Below, one piece after another: positions 28,691-44,450 of a stretch of 64,000 nt of DNA. The stretch covers positions 1 through 64,000 of the forward strand of contig NIVC01001307.1 in NCBI GenBank assembly GCA_002269645.1, read 5' to 3'. This DNA comes from Macrostomum lignano (lineage: Eukaryota). Under the pieces are notes generated by a model. It saw nothing but the letters and a program-made list of their open reading frames with translations, was not told the DNA's origin and did not search any database. The stretch's first letter is position 1. Each line of letters opens with the position of its first letter. A program made the position numbers and the translations under genes.

Positions 28691-29169
28691 TTTCTATACC
28701 CATAGAAAAAAGTTGAAAAAATCAATCTAATCGAAGAGACTCTGCCACCTGGAGATAACTATCAGGCCTTAACTATCTATTGCACTAGCTGACTAAGGCA
28801 TAGTATTATAAGTGTCCTTGTCATTCATTGAATTGCTCAAATTATTCGTGTAAACAAAGTAAAATATGTGACATGTATGTTTTCAATGCATCTCTAATAT
28901 GTTCGTCTACAAAACACTATTTTTTCGAACAGAGTTATTACTGTACAAGAGTGAGTTTACTCATTGTCCTGCAAATTGTTGTCAAATTTTATAACTCCAA
29001 AACTTTGAGATTTGAGAACAAAACAAGGTTTATTATTTTTATTATTATTCTGCGCTCACAACTACTTATGCAGTAGCGTATTTGGATGCGAAAAGAAGCG
29101 AACAAAACAACCGGTGTAGGCTTCAGGATTACACAACCTCACCCCAAATGCACAGATCCTGATTCTTCC

Positions 29170-30115
29170 GGCATTACACAGCTTCAGATTCCAGCATTAC
29201 ACAGCTTCAGATTCCAGCATTACAGCCTTAGATCGAAGCATTACACAGCTTCAGATTCCAGCATTACACAGCCTTAGATTGAAGCATTACACAGCTTCAG
29301 ATTCCAGCATTACACAGCCTTAGATTGAAGCATTACACAGCTTCAGATTCCAGCATTACACAGCTTCAGATTCCATCATTACACAGCTTCAGATTCCAGC
29401 ATTACACAGCTTCAGATTCCAGCATTACACAGCTTCAGATTCCATCATTACACAGCTTCAGATTCCATCATTACACAGCTTCAGATTCCAGCATTACACA
29501 GCTTCAGATTCCAGCATTACACAGCTTCAGATTCCATCATTACACAGCTTCAGATTCCAGCATTACACAGCTTCAGATTCCATCATTACACAGCTTCAGA
29601 TTCCAGCATTACACAGCTTTAAATTCCAGCATTACACAGCTTCAGATTCCATCATTACACAGCTTCAGATTCCAGCATTACACAGCTTCAGATTCCATCA
29701 TTACACAGCTTCAGATTCCAGCGTTACACAGCTTCAGATTCTATAATTACACAGCTTCAGATTCCATCATTACACAGCTTCAGATTCCAGCATTACACAG
29801 CTTCAGATTCCATCATTACACAGCTTCAGATTCCAGCATTACACAGCTTCAGGTTCCAGCGTTACACAGCTTCAGATTCTATAATTACACAGCTTCAGAT
29901 TCCATAATTACACAGCTTCAGATTCTATAATTACACAGCTTCAGATTCTATAATTACACAGCTTCAGATTCCATAATTACACAGCTTCAGATTCCATAAT
30001 TACACAGCTTCAGATTCCAGCATTACACAGCTTCAGATTCCAGCATTACACAGCTTCAGATTCCATCATTACACAGCTTCAGATTCTATAATTACACAGC
30101 TTCAGATTCTATAAT
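29170..30115. repeat. 23-bp minisatellite (ATTACACAGCTTCAGATTCCAGC)
   Basis: Tandem array; resumes briefly at 31369-31390 after the mariner insertion. Confidence 0.95.
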
Positions 30116-30117
30116 TA

Positions 30118-31368
30118 TTGGGTTGTTAGGAAAGTTCTGTCCGTTTTTTTATTTTTCTATGCAGAGGATCATGAAGCTGTGTTGGATCCAATACTTGTGT
30201 ATGCATATACAGCCAGAGTTGTGGTCATTCTAACCAAGTCATTTGCTTTTCAGCGCCCAATTATGGCCAGAAATTTTGAATTAAACAGCATCGCTCTAAG
30301 GCAGTGCATGCTATATGATTTTCTAGCAGGTATTACAGCAGCCGAATCGACTCGACGCCTGTGCAGTGCATTTGGCCAGGATGCTGTCTCTGACCGCACA
30401 GCCCGTCGTTGGTTTGATCGCTTTCGCAGCGGCGACTACAGCCTTGCTGACGAACCTCGCCCTGGACGCCCATCTGAGATAGACACTGAGCTGCTGCGGA
30501 CACTTGTGGAGGCCAATCCGCACCAGACTACACGAGAGCTGGCAGCCACTCTTGGGTGCTCCCATGTGCAAGTCGCTGAACACCTGGCTGCCATGGGCAA
30601 GAAAAGCAAGCTCGGACAGTGGACCCCCCATGACCTGACTGACAGGGACCGTCAAAGCCGAGCAGACATTTGCACCTCACTGCTCTCCTACAAGAGAACA
30701 ACAGACTGGCTGGCCTCAATACTCACTGGCGATGAGAAGTGGGTGATGTACGTTAATATACACCGCAAGCGCCAGTGGGTTGATGCCGGCAAACCGCCAC
30801 AGCCAGAGCCAAAGGCCCCACTGCACCCTAAGAAGGTGATGCTCTGCTGTTGGTGGGACAGTGAAGGAGTTGTATACTTCGAGCTGCTGCCGCCCAACAC
30901 CAGCATCACCGCCGAGCTCTACTGTAACCAGCTGCAGAATGTGGCCGACTGCCTCCGCACACAGCGTCCAGGGCGTCAGCATGTTCGCTTCCTTCATGAC
31001 AACGCTCGGCCGCACACCGCCAATTTGACCCGACAAAAGCTGCTGGATCTGGGCTGGGAAGTGCTGCCCCACCCACCGTACAGCCCCGATCTGGCCCCTA
31101 CAGACTACCATCTTTTTCGAGCACTGCACCATCATCTGAAAGAGAAAACGTTTGAAGATGACAAAGGGGTCAAGGACTGCATTACTAACTTTTTTGAATC
31201 ACAGCCCAAGGATTTCTACAGAGCTGGCATCCAAAGTCTGCCCTCTCGTTGGCAGAGGGTCATCGATTGCGATGGCAATTATTTTACTGAGTAACACTGC
31301 TGCATTCCTATAAAAACTCGCTACAACATATTTTAGTCAAAACGGACAGAACTTTCCTAACAGCCCAA
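30118..31368 (+). mobile_element. Full-length mariner (DD34D) transposon, 1251 bp
   Basis: 30-bp TIRs TTGGG(T/C)TGTTAGGAAAGTTCTGTCCGTTTT with 1 mismatch; TA duplication at 30116-30117 and 31369-31370. Confidence 0.97.
30263..31294 (+). CDS. Mariner transposase (343 aa, intact)
   Basis: HTH region, WTPHDL, TGDEKW, HDNARPH and YSPDLAPTDYHLF (DD34D); first ATG at 30263. Confidence 0.97.
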   Translation: MARNFELNSIALRQCMLYDFLAGITAAESTRRLCSAFGQDAVSDRTARRWFDRFRSGDYSLADEPRPGRPSEIDTELLRTLVEANPHQTTRELAATLGCSHVQVAEHLAAMGKKSKLGQWTPHDLTDRDRQSRADICTSLLSYKRTTDWLASILTGDEKWVMYVNIHRKRQWVDAGKPPQPEPKAPLHPKKVMLCCWWDSEGVVYFELLPPNTSITAELYCNQLQNVADCLRTQRPGRQHVRFLHDNARPHTANLTRQKLLDLGWEVLPHPPYSPDLAPTDYHLFRALHHHLKEKTFEDDKGVKDCITNFFESQPKDFYRAGIQSLPSRWQRVIDCDGNYFTE

Positions 31369-31914
31369 TACACAGCTTCAGATTCCAGCATCCATCACAA
31401 TATCCATAGCCAAGTCCAGTTGGCTACACAGACTCCTCTCTCTACTCCAGTTCATGCAAATTAATCACATTTCAGACCCGCCGTCCTTGACAACCGCGGC
31501 TGTTACCCCATGCTCATGCGTACATTAAGCTCCACAGCCAAGCATCAGCGAGCACTCAGACTGGTTGCATGCATGCATTAATCTAATATGGATGGCGTTG
31601 CGCTTTCGCATAAGCTTTCGCTGGGCTAATTTATAGCGAAAGATATACGTGAAAGAGTGCACGGGTAATTATAATCGTAGATCCATTATCCCGCACTGCT
31701 CTCCCCCATAATGCGGCAGCAGAAGACTCGCGTACATTTCACGGACTCAAAAAACACTCTGATATGCATTATTTAACTTTTCAATATTTGAGTACCTACT
31801 CAAATAAATTAACGATAGTAGTCTCGAGTTAGAAAATTTTATGATTGGATGAGCCGCAGAGAAATTAGCAGGTAGCTGAAACATCATTAGTGAGTACTCC
31901 ATTAGGGCCTCCAC

Positions 31915-32540
31915 TGCGCTTCAACCCCAACCCACTTATTTTTATGGTCTCCACTGCCCTTCAACCCCCACCCACCCACTTATTTTTATGGCTTCCAATG
32001 CCTCTCAGCTCCCCACCCACTTATTTTTATGGCTTCCAATGCCTCTCAGCTCCCCACCCACTTATTTTTATGGCCTCCACTGCCCTTCAACCCCAACCCA
32101 CTCACTTATTTTAATGGCCTCCACTGCCCTTCAACCCCCACCTACTTATTTTTATGGCTTCCAATGCCCCTCAGCCCCCACCCACTTACTTTTATGGCCT
32201 CCACTGCCCTTCAACCCCCACCCACCCACTTATTTTTATGGCCTCTACTGCCTCTCAACCCTGGGGACCCACTTATTTTAATGGCCTTTACTGTCCCTTA
32301 ACGCCCCCCACCCACAATTATTTCATGGCTTCCAATGCCCCTCAACCCCCACCCACATTTTTATGGCCTCCACTACCCTCCAACCTCCATCCCACCCACA
32401 TCCCACCCACATACCCGCACCAACTTAGATATTTTTATGGCCTCCACTGCCCCCCACCCCCACCAACTTATTTTAATGGCATCCAATGCAAACCCACTTC
32501 ATATGGCCTTTGCTGCCCCTCCACCGCAAGCCTACTTGTT
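31915..32540. repeat. ~38-bp degenerate C-rich minisatellite (CCCACTTATTTTTATGGCCTCCACTGCCCTTCAACCCC)
   Basis: Tandem degenerate copies. Confidence 0.85.
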
Positions 32541-33074
32541 TTTCATGGCCTCTAATGCCTCTACCTATCTACCAAATCATCTACCCCCACTCCCAACCCA
32601 CTCCATAACCTCCGATGTCCCTCTACCCCTCACTCACCCCACTTCTACCCCACAGTGCCTTAATCCTCAATGTCCTCCGCCCCTACCAATCCTATTGGGC
32701 AGTGAGCCAATACCAACCCCTGGCCTATTCCTCCCTTAGAGCCTTCCTCTCCTCCGAGGTTATTAATATCCCTTTCAGGCGAGACTCTGTACTTGAACAT
32801 GACCCCTACCCAAGGCCTCAATCGGTCGCATTTTTGTCCCAATTCTGCTAGCGAAACTTCCCGCCAGTAATTCTTCTGCATCAGCAGTTGTCAATAATAT
32901 TTTTAATGAACAGGCCGGGACAGAAACTCTGATCGCAACTGACTCAGAGGTGAGTTATGAGACCTTTGAGCACTATAAATTGCTTTGGTATTCGAAACTC
33001 TCAGAACAGTTAAGGGGAATTCTATACATGGGGTTTGATAGATGGGATTTGATAGACGGCATTTGATGGATTGG

Positions 33075-34815
33075 ATTCAACAAGAGGGATCTCGTGAATG
33101 GGATTCAATAGATGGGATTCAATAGATGGGATTCAATAGATGGGATTCAACAGATGGGATTCAATAGATGGGATTCAATAGTTGGGATTCAAAAGATGGG
33201 ATTCAATAGATGGGATTCAACAGATGGGATTCAATAGATGGGATTCAATAGTTGGGATTCAAAAGATGGGATTCAATAGATGGGATTCAACAAGAGGGAT
33301 CTCGTGAATGGGATTCAATAGATGGGATTCAATAGATGGGATTCAATAGATGGGATTCAATAGATGGGATTCAATAGATGGGATTCAATAGATTGGATTT
33401 GATGGACGGGATTTGATGGATTGAATTCAACAAGAGGGATCTCGTGGATGGGATTCAATAGATGGGATTCAATAGATGGGGTTCAATAGATGGGATTCAA
33501 TAGATGGGATTCAACAGATGGGATTCAATAGATGGGATTCAACAGATGGGATTCAATAGATGGGATTCAATAGTTGGGATTCAAAAGATGGGATTCAATA
33601 GATGGGATTCAACAGATGGGATTCAATAGATGGGATTCAATAGTTGGGATTCAAAAGATGGGATTCAATAGATGGGATTCAACAAGAGGGATCTCGTGAA
33701 TGGGATTCAATAGATGGGATTCAATAGATGGGATTCAATAGATGGGATTCAATAGATGGGATTCAATAGATGGGATTCAATAGATGGGATTCAATAGATG
33801 GGATTCAATAGATGGGATTCAATAGATTGGATTTGATGGACGGGATTTGATGGATTGAATTCAACAAGAGGGATCTCGTGGATGGGATTCAATAGATGGG
33901 ATTCAATAGATGGGGTTCAATAGATGGGATTCAACAAGAGGGATCTCGTGAATGGGATTCAATAGATGGGATTCAATAGATGGGATTCAATAGATGGGAT
34001 TCAATAGATGGGATTCAATAGATGGGATTCAATAGATTGGATTTGATGGACGGGATTTGATGGATTGAATTCAACAAGAGGGATCTCGTGGATGGGATTC
34101 AATAGATGGGATTCAATAGATGGGATTCAATAGATGGGATTCAATAGATGGGATTCAATAGATTGGATTTGATGGACGGGATTTGATGGATTGATTTCAA
34201 CAAGAGGGATCTCGTGGATGGGATTCAATAGATGGGATTCAATAGATGGGATTCCATAGATGGGATTCAACAGATGGGATTCAATAGATGGGATTCAATA
34301 GATGGGATTCAATAGATGGGATTCAATAGATGGAATTCAACAGATGGGATTCAATAGATGGGATTCAATAGATGGAATTCAACAGATGGGATTCAATAGA
34401 TGGAATTCAACAGATGGGATTCAATAGATGGGATTCAATAGATGGGATTCAATAGATGGGATTCAATAGATGGGATTCAATAGATGAGATTCAATAGATG
34501 GGATTCCATAGATGGGATTCAATAGATGGGATTCAGCAGATGGGATTCAATAGATGGGATTCAATAGATGGGATTCAATAGATGGGATTCAATAGATAGG
34601 ATTCAATAGATGGGATTCAATAGATGGGATTCAATAGATGGAATTCAACAGATGGGATTCAATAGATGGAATTCAACAGATGGGATTCAATAGATGGGAT
34701 TCAATAGATGGGATTCAATAGATGGGATTCAATAGATGGGATTCAATAGATGAGATTCAATAGATGGGATTCAATAGATAGGATTCAATAGATGGGATTC
34801 AATAGATGGGATTTG
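33075..34815. repeat. 14-bp minisatellite (AATAGATGGGATTC) with higher-order interruptions
   Basis: More than 100 copies, periodically interrupted by CAAGAGGGATCTCGTG and GATTGGATTTGATGGACGGGATTTGATGG cassettes. Confidence 0.95.
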
Positions 34816-35449
34816 ATAAATGAGGGTTAATTTCGCACAGCCTTAGATGGGATATTTATGATACATTTCAGCCCAGCAAATACCGTTATGAAGGCAAATA
34901 GAAGTGAAGCTAAGATGTAGTGAAAGTTTCGCCAAAGTAGCAGAATCCAATTTGCAACCTTGCTAATACTTGCTGACTTGCTGTATGCTTTGCCTCAATT
35001 CCCAGAGAGGCTCCCCAGTGCAATTCGGGCCATGGCAAGCCCGGGTCAGGCGGCAGCTGCTGTAGCCTTTAGTTCTTTTTGTGTCTGAAAAATTTCACAG
35101 TTTTTCTCTCTCTCGCCTATTCGACCTTCGACTTCTATCTTCACAGTTTCGCCAGCTGTGTATTCTGTGTATTAGAGGCCGAAAATCCTTTTAGAGCTTT
35201 TGGGGTCCATTGAAGGCTGATATTTTATGCCAACAGCTTTCTGGCTTGTGTTGCTAATGGGGACGTGGGTGGACATATTGAGTGTGCACTTTTAGCACTA
35301 CATGTGGGCAAAATTGACCTTTAACTTTTTTTCTACTGTCCAAGGGTGCTGCTTAACATCTGTTCAAAATTTTATGTCAACGGGAACTTTTTGAAAACTC
35401 ACAAGCTCTTGTCTACATAAAGAATCTAATTATAATCAACTCGAGGGAG

Positions 35450-35750
<301 letters not shown>

Positions 35751-36487
35751 GGGTAGAGTAGGGTCTGAGGAAGGTAGAGTAGAGTGCGGTGAAGCTAAAG
35801 TGGAGTGTGGGGAAGGTAGAGTAGAGTGTGGAGAAGGTAGAGTAGAGTTTGGGGAAGTTAGAGTAGACTGCGGTGACGGTAAAGTAGAGCTCAGAGAAAT
35901 ACAAAGCAGGTAAGAGCACATCCTTGACCATTCGCCAACAGTACCGATCTGATTTATATTCCGTGGGTCTCTCCTAGGCAGTTAAGGCGAGTCAGTCAGA
36001 TTTTTATCTCGAGACCAGGAAGGGCAGAAGGATAGAGAAATAAGGGGGAGTAGAAGCGAGGGAACAAATATCCCAACCCTTCGCGCGCGGATCAACAAAT
36101 CAATCATTCGATCAGGAGAAGGGCCGAACAGAAAGCCCAATTTCTTGCGGCGACTTTCCGACTGCAGGCGGCCGCCGCTGCTCTCCATCCTCTCTGAGCT
36201 GCCCGGCCTGATCGCTGACTGCCAGCTGCTGATTGAGCCGCTTCGGCAGGAACCGAAAAAATCAGATGTGTTTGCGTGAGCCGAGGTCGAAGCAGTTGCT
36301 GTCTGCTGCCCCCATGGGCTGGAAATGAAGTGCAGCGATTATATATATTGGTATATATACTGGTGGGACAGGCGCCCGTGCCGGCCAGGAAATATGGGGT
36401 GCGACTGTTGTTGGATGCACTCTAAACTTTGGACTGTGCGGCTTTGCACGTCCGGACTCCGAACTGATGAGATAAAAGTAGATGGAT

Positions 36488-38217
<1,730 letters not shown>

Positions 38218-38899
38218 TTGTCTGCAGGGGCCTTGTTCTATTACTTGGATGAGGCCTGTTCCGTCCCGGATGTTAGGAGGGCTGGTGAAGACTTGCTGGC
38301 TTTGAAACGGAAGGAACTAGTATAGCTATTATTTTTAGTCTAGAATCCGTTATTATCATAATGGCAAATGGGAAGTACATGGCAAAATAATTTTGTCTCA
38401 CCGAAAGTAGGAGCAGAACATAACCATAAATTCTTTTAAAACTTTTCTGCTAACATAGTTGAGATGAAATTGCGCTATTGTGCAGCAATTATAACACATG
38501 GAAATAGTTGAGGTGAACTACGGCTTAAACAGAGATTTAGTGCCTGCATGATCAGCTGACACCTGCAGCCAGGCTAGGTAGTGTCACGTGACACGATAAT
38601 TTCGATCAGCTAAAAACAGCGCCCAAGAAAATTTTGCTGATCGTCACAAATTTGGGGTTGCAGGATGGAGATAAGGATATGCTAGTTGGAATTGTCACGA
38701 CTGGATGTGCCTTGTTCTCTGTTTTGGAAAGAAATGCAATATTTGATTAGTCACTAATTAACCAAAAAGTTTTTTTGGCGTAGAAGTTACAGATACTCAA
38801 ATTTCGTTGTTTGCTTGATTTTGCAAAGATAAAGATAATTAATTTTTTAACAAGCACCAAAATTGGTTTCATTGGACGTCACTCAATAAGAGCTTATAT

Positions 38900-39170
38900 T
38901 GGCGATTAAAATGGGCTTATATACTACAAAACAGGATAATTTACACGCTAAATTGGGCTTATAGACTACAAAACAGGATTATGTACATGCTAAATTGGGC
39001 TTATAGACTACAAAATAGGATTATGTACACGCTAAATTGGGCTTATATACTACAAAATAGGATTATGTACACGCTAAATTGGGCTTATATACTACAAAAT
39101 AGGATTATGTATACACGCTAAATTGGGGTTATATACTACAGAATAGGATTATGTACACACTAAACTGGGC
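38900..39170. repeat. ~42-bp minisatellite (AAATTGGGCTTATATACTACAAAATAGGATTATGTACACGCT)
   Basis: About 6 copies. Confidence 0.85.
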
Positions 39171-39498
39171 TTACCAGACCTCGTATAGCAGCAGAATTGG
39201 AGCCGTAAAAGTCTAGACAATGCATGAATAAGGGTATTATAACTTCTAGTCGGCCCTTTGACGTTTCAAGCCTCAAAGTAGTCCGTGTTCGTCGTGCTGA
39301 ACAATAAAAATATTGAATTTTGAGCTCCTTCCAGACTTTGCTAACCCTCCTTAAAATGCCTTACATGTAGGCGATAGCAGCTGCACGATACAGCGATATG
39401 TTTCGAGTGTGAAAAGGACACGAATCTGAGACATTTGGTAAAGTTGGACTAGTACACTCGCTCCCTTGAGGGGTCTGAATAAAGACATATTTCGTATT

Positions 39499-41940
39499 TC
39501 AGTGAGTGTTTGTGTCAGTATCTGTGTCAGCTAGTGCATATGTCAGTGAGTGTTTGTGTCAGTATCTGTGTCAGCTAGTGCATATGTCAGTGAGTGTTTG
39601 TGTCAGTATCTGTGTCAGCTAGTGCATATGTCAGTGAGTGTTTGTGTCAGTATCTGTGTCAGCTAGTGCATATGTCAATGAGTGTTTGTGTCAGTATCTG
39701 TGTCAGCTAGTGCATATTTCAGTGAGTGTTTGTGTCAGTATCTGTGTCAGCTAGTGCATATGTCAGTGAGTGTTTGTGTCAGTATCTGTGTCAGCTAGTG
39801 CATATGTCAGTGAGTGTTTGTGTCAGTATCTGTGTCAGCTAGTGCATATTTCAGTGAGTGTTTGTGTCAGTATCTGTGTCAGCTAGTGCATATGTCAGTG
39901 AGTGTTTGTGTCAGTATCTGTGTCAGCTAGTGCATATGTCAGTGAGTGTTTGTGTCAGTATCTGTGTCAGCTAGTGCATATGTCAGTGAGTGTTTGTGTC
40001 AGTATCTGTGTCAGCTTGTGCATATTTCAGTGAGTGTTTGTGTCAGTATCTGTGTCAGCTTGTGCATATGTCAGTGAGTGTTTGTGTCAGTATCTGTGTC
40101 AGCTTGTGCATATTTCAGTGAGTGTTTGTGTCAGTATCTGTGTCAGCTAGTGCATATGTCAGTGACTGTTTGTGTCAGTATCTGTGTCAGCTTGTGCATA
40201 TGTCAGTGAGTGTTTGTGTCAGTATCTGTGTCAGCTAGTGCATATTTCAGTGAGTGTTTGTGTCAGTATCTGTGTCAGCTAGTGCATATGTCAGTGAGTG
40301 TTTGTGTCAGTATCTGTGTCAGCTTGTGCATATGTCAGTGAGTGTTTGTGTCAGTATCTGTGTCAGCTAGTGCATATGTCAGTGAGTGTTTGTGTCAGTA
40401 TCTGTGTCAGCTTGTGCATATTTCAGTGAGTGTTTGTGTCAGTATCTGTGTCAGCTAGTGCATATGTCAGTGAGTGTTTGTGTCAGTATCTGTGTCAGCT
40501 AGTGCATATTTCAGTGAGTGTTTGTGTCAGTATCTGTGTCAGCTAGTGCATATGTCAGTGAGTGTTTGTGTCAGTATCTGTGTCAGCTAGTGCATATGTC
40601 AGTGAGTGTTTGTGTCAGTATCTGTGTCAGCTAGTGCATATGTCAGTGAGTGTTTGTGTCAGTATCTGTGTCAGCTTGTGCATATTTCAGTGAGTGTTTG
40701 TGTCAGTATCTGTGTCAGCTTGTGCATATGTCAGTGAGTGTTTGTGTCAGTATCTGTGTCAGCTTGTGCATATTTCAGTGAGTGTTTGTGTCAGTATCTG
40801 TGTCAGCTAGTGCATATGTCAGTGAGTGTTTGTGTCAGTATCTGTGTCAGCTTGTGCATGTCAGTGAGTGTTTGTGTCAGTATCTGTGTCAGCTTGTGCA
40901 TATTTCAGTGAGTGTTTGTGTCAGTATCTGTGTCAGCTAGTGCATATGTCAGTGAGTGTTTGTGTCAGTATCTGTGTCAGCTTGTGCATATTTCAGTGAG
41001 TGTTTGTGTCAGTATCTGTGTCAGCTAGTGCATATGTCAGTGAGTGTTTGTGTCAGTATCTGTGTCAGCTAGTGCATATGTCAGTGAGTGTTTGTGTCAG
41101 TATCTGTGTCAGCTAGTGCATATGTCAGTGAGTGTTTGTGTCAGTATCTGTGTCAGCTTGTGCATATTTCAGTGAGTGTTTGTGTCAGTATCTGTGTCAG
41201 CTAGTGCATATGTCAGTGAGTGTTTGTGTCAGTATCTGTGTCAGCTAGTGCATATGTCAGTGAGTGTTTGTGTCAGTATCTGTGTCAGCTTGTGCATATT
41301 TCAGTGAGTGTTTGTGTCAGTATCTGTGTCAGCTAGTGCATATGTCAGTGAGTGTTTGTGTCAGTATCTGTGTCAGCTTGTGCATATTTCAGTGAGTGTT
41401 TGTGTCAGTATCTGTGTCAGCTAGTGCATATGTCAGTGAGTGTTTGTGTCAGTATCTGTGTCAGCTAGTGCATATGTCAGTGAGTGTTTGTGTCAGTATC
41501 TGTGTCAGCTTGTGCATATTTCAGTGAGTGTTTGTGTCAGTATCTGTGTCAGCTTGTGCATATTTCAGTGAGTGTTTGTGTCAGTATCTGTGTCAGCTAG
41601 TGCATATGTCAGTGAGTGTTTGTGTCAGTATCTGTGTCAGCTAGTGCATATGTCAGTGAGTGTTTGTGTCAGTATCTGTGTCAGCTTGTGCATATTTCAG
41701 TGAGTGTTTGTGTCAGTATCTGTGTCAGCTTGTGCATATTTCAGTGAGTGTTTGTGTCAGTATCTGTGTCAGCTTGTGCATATTTCAGTGAGTGTTTGTG
41801 TCAGTATCTGTGTCAGCTTGTGCATATTTCAGTGAGTGTTTGTGTCAGTATCTGTGTCAGCTAGTGCATATGTCAGTGAGTGTTTGTGTCAGTATCTGTG
41901 TCAGCTATAGTGCATATGTCAGTGAGTGTTTGTGTCAGCT
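39499..41940. repeat. 44-bp minisatellite (TCAGTGAGTGTTTGTGTCAGTATCTGTGTCAGCTAGTGCATATG), ~55 copies
   Basis: Period 44 (39499, 39543 and onward); nearly homogeneous. Confidence 0.98.
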
Positions 41941-42020
41941 AGTGGCAGTAATAACAGTGCATTTCATCTTAACTGCCATAATGCCTGCTCCTAACACCCC
42001 AGCAACCGAAGTAAATCACC

Positions 42021-43745
42021 ATGACAACCAATCTCAGCGTCAATGGCAGCAATGCGTCGGTATCCATGGAGGACGTCCAGCAAAAGTACATGGGCACGTT
42101 GACCTATCCAATTTTGCAAGCGTTCCTCGCCTACAGTATGCCAATTGTGGTCCTACTAGGCCTCTTTGGTGAGTGAAAATTGCAACATAATTTGCTTTCC
42201 ACCTACTATCAGTAGCGTTCGTTAACTTGTTTTTTTTCACACTATTGCTACTAAAGTCTATAATGTTTCGTCATCGACGCTAGATAAAAAAGTTAGTGCA
42301 AATCCTTTTTGTAAAAAAAGTAATTTTGATTTCGTAAAGTAATTTGATGCCTGACGATTAGACAGTCAGGGCCGCTGTACACTCTGTGTGAGCGTGTGCA
42401 TGAGTGCCGTGCCTGAGTACAGTACTGGCGCGCTTGTGTGTGCTCAGGAGTCAGCCGGATGGGCAGAATTGCCTCAGCGGATGATGTCGCCGAAGGCGTT
42501 TCGCCAGGTTGTTTACAACCTAAAGTAAATTGAAGTTACTTTCTATGAATTTGCAAATAAATTGTCCCACCGGACATTTTCCCGACTAATTTTCTCTTAG
42601 GCAACTTCGTAGCATTCGTGTTGCTCAAAAACTCGGCACTGCGCAGCACTGCTCATTTCTACCTGTGCGCCCTGACCGTGTGCGACTCACTCACCCTGCT
42701 CAGCATGCTGAGCTCCATCTGGGTCGGAGCAGTGCTCGAGGGTCATTTGCATCAGATGGGCTGGCAGGTCGACTGGCTGCAGGCCGGAACCCGCCAGATC
42801 AGCCTGTGCCGCGCCCGCCTCTACGCCACTTTCGTCTGTCGGACTGTCAGCACCTGGACGGTGGCCGTGTTCTCCTGGGAGCGCTGCCTGGCCGTCTGGC
42901 GCCCAATGCGCTTCGAAGGCGCCGCGGTAGGCTGGCGCTCCGGCCTGGTGCTACTCGGCCTGGTGGCCACTGCAGCGGCCGTCAACTCTTACGTCATCCC
43001 GGGTCTCCAGCCCAACGACGCCGGCCTCTGCCGAGCCAACCGGCTGTTCCGCATTGGCCGCAACGTCTCCTTGCTGATGCAGTCGCTGGCGCCCTGGCTT
43101 CTGGTGCTCGTCAGCAACTGCCTCATCGTTTGCACTCTGCGCAGAGGGCGGGCGGCCGCCTCGGCTGCCACCACTGCCGCCGCCGCCGCAGTCACCACCA
43201 CCGCCACCGCGGCTTCTCCGGGCAGCAGCGAGGAGGCTGTGCTGATGCGCACTCTCCAGCCACATCGTCAACGGCACCGCAGGCACCAGCGTGGCTTCAC
43301 CTACCGTCTGGTAGCCGTCTCCTTCGCTTTCTTGGTGAACACCTCGCTGCTGACCGTGTGCACCGTGTGGACAACAGTCGCTGAGCTGATTGAGCCTGAC
43401 AGCCAAACGGAGCGGAATCTCCTTCGCGACACCTTCTGGCTGATCAGCTTTCTGCCGTTTACAGCGAATTTCGCGTCTACCTGCCCGCTCTACTGCTTGG
43501 CTGGGCGGAAGTTCCGGCGCGCGGCCCGGCTGCTGGTCACCTGCCGGCTGCAGCAGATGCGCCTCGCCCGCCAACTGCTGGATCCAAGCCGGCCGACGTC
43601 CGGCCTGCGGGCCACCGCGGTGACCAACGCGAGTGCAAGACCGCGTTCAGATTCGAGCCAGACCGCGGCAGAAAGTCGGAGGCGTCAGCAGCAGCAGACG
43701 GCGTCACAGTCGAGAGGGTACGGTCAATTGACAATGCGTTCTTAA
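42021..43745 (+). CDS. Class A (rhodopsin-like) GPCR, probable peptide receptor, 2 exons
   Basis: Exons 42021-42168 and 42601-43745 (phase 1, GTGAGT/TTAG). N-terminal N-glycosylation sites, TM1 GN, TM2 LTVCD, TM3 SWERCLAVWRP, TM7 NFASTCPLYCLAGRKFR. Confidence 0.9.
42361..42510 (+). mobile_element. SINE 3' half in the GPCR intron
   Basis: GACAGTCAGGGCCGCTGTACACTCTGTGTGAGC...ATGTCGCCGAAGGCG...CGCCAGG matches the reverse complement of 1770-1910. Confidence 0.75.
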
Positions 43746-43809
43746 CGAATCCTCTTTCGAAAACTTGGGATGGTCTTAAACCTATCTATCCGAAAAGTCT
43801 GTGGCCTTT

Positions 43810-44450
43810 GGGGCGGATTGTCATCAGTACAGTCTATGGTCTGACGGGATTGTCATCAGGATAGTCTATGGTCTGACGGGATTGTCATCAGGACAGTCTA
43901 TGGTCTGGGCGGATTGTCATCAGGACAGTATGGTCTGGGCGGATTGTCATCAGGACAGTCTATGGTTCTGGGCGGATTGTCATCAGGACAGTCTATGGTC
44001 TGACGTGATTGTCATCAGGACAGTCTATGGTCTGGGCGGATTGTCATCAGGACAGTCTATGGTCTGGGCGGATTGTCATCAGGACAGTCTATGGTCTGAC
44101 GGGATTGTCATCAGGACAGTCTATGGTCTGACGGGATTGTCATCAGGACACAGTCTATGGTCTGACGGGATTGTCATCAGGACAGTCTATGGTCTGGGGG
44201 GATTGTCATCAGGACAGTCTATGGTCTGACGGGATTGTCATCAGGACACAGTCTATGGTCTGACGGGATTGTCATCAGGACAGTCTATGGTCTGGGGGGA
44301 TTGTCATCAGGACAGTATGGTGTGGGCGGATTGTCATCAGGACAGTCTATGGTCTGGGGGGATTGTCATCAGGACAGTCTATGGTCTGGGGGGATTGTCA
44401 TCAGGACAGTCTATGGTCTGGGGGGATTGTCATCAGGACAGCTAGTCTAT
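43810..44450. repeat. ~32-bp minisatellite (GATTGTCATCAGGACAGTCTATGGTCTGGGCG)
   Basis: About 20 copies immediately 3' of the GPCR stop. Confidence 0.95.

Noticed and set aside
39499-41940. Regular arrays that could be mistaken for CRISPR
   Set aside because: No unique spacers, no cas genes, eukaryotic context.
42665-43574. Alternative-frame and antisense ORFs over the GPCR (similarly over USP24 and Sox exons)
   Set aside because: Shadow ORFs of GC-rich coding exons.
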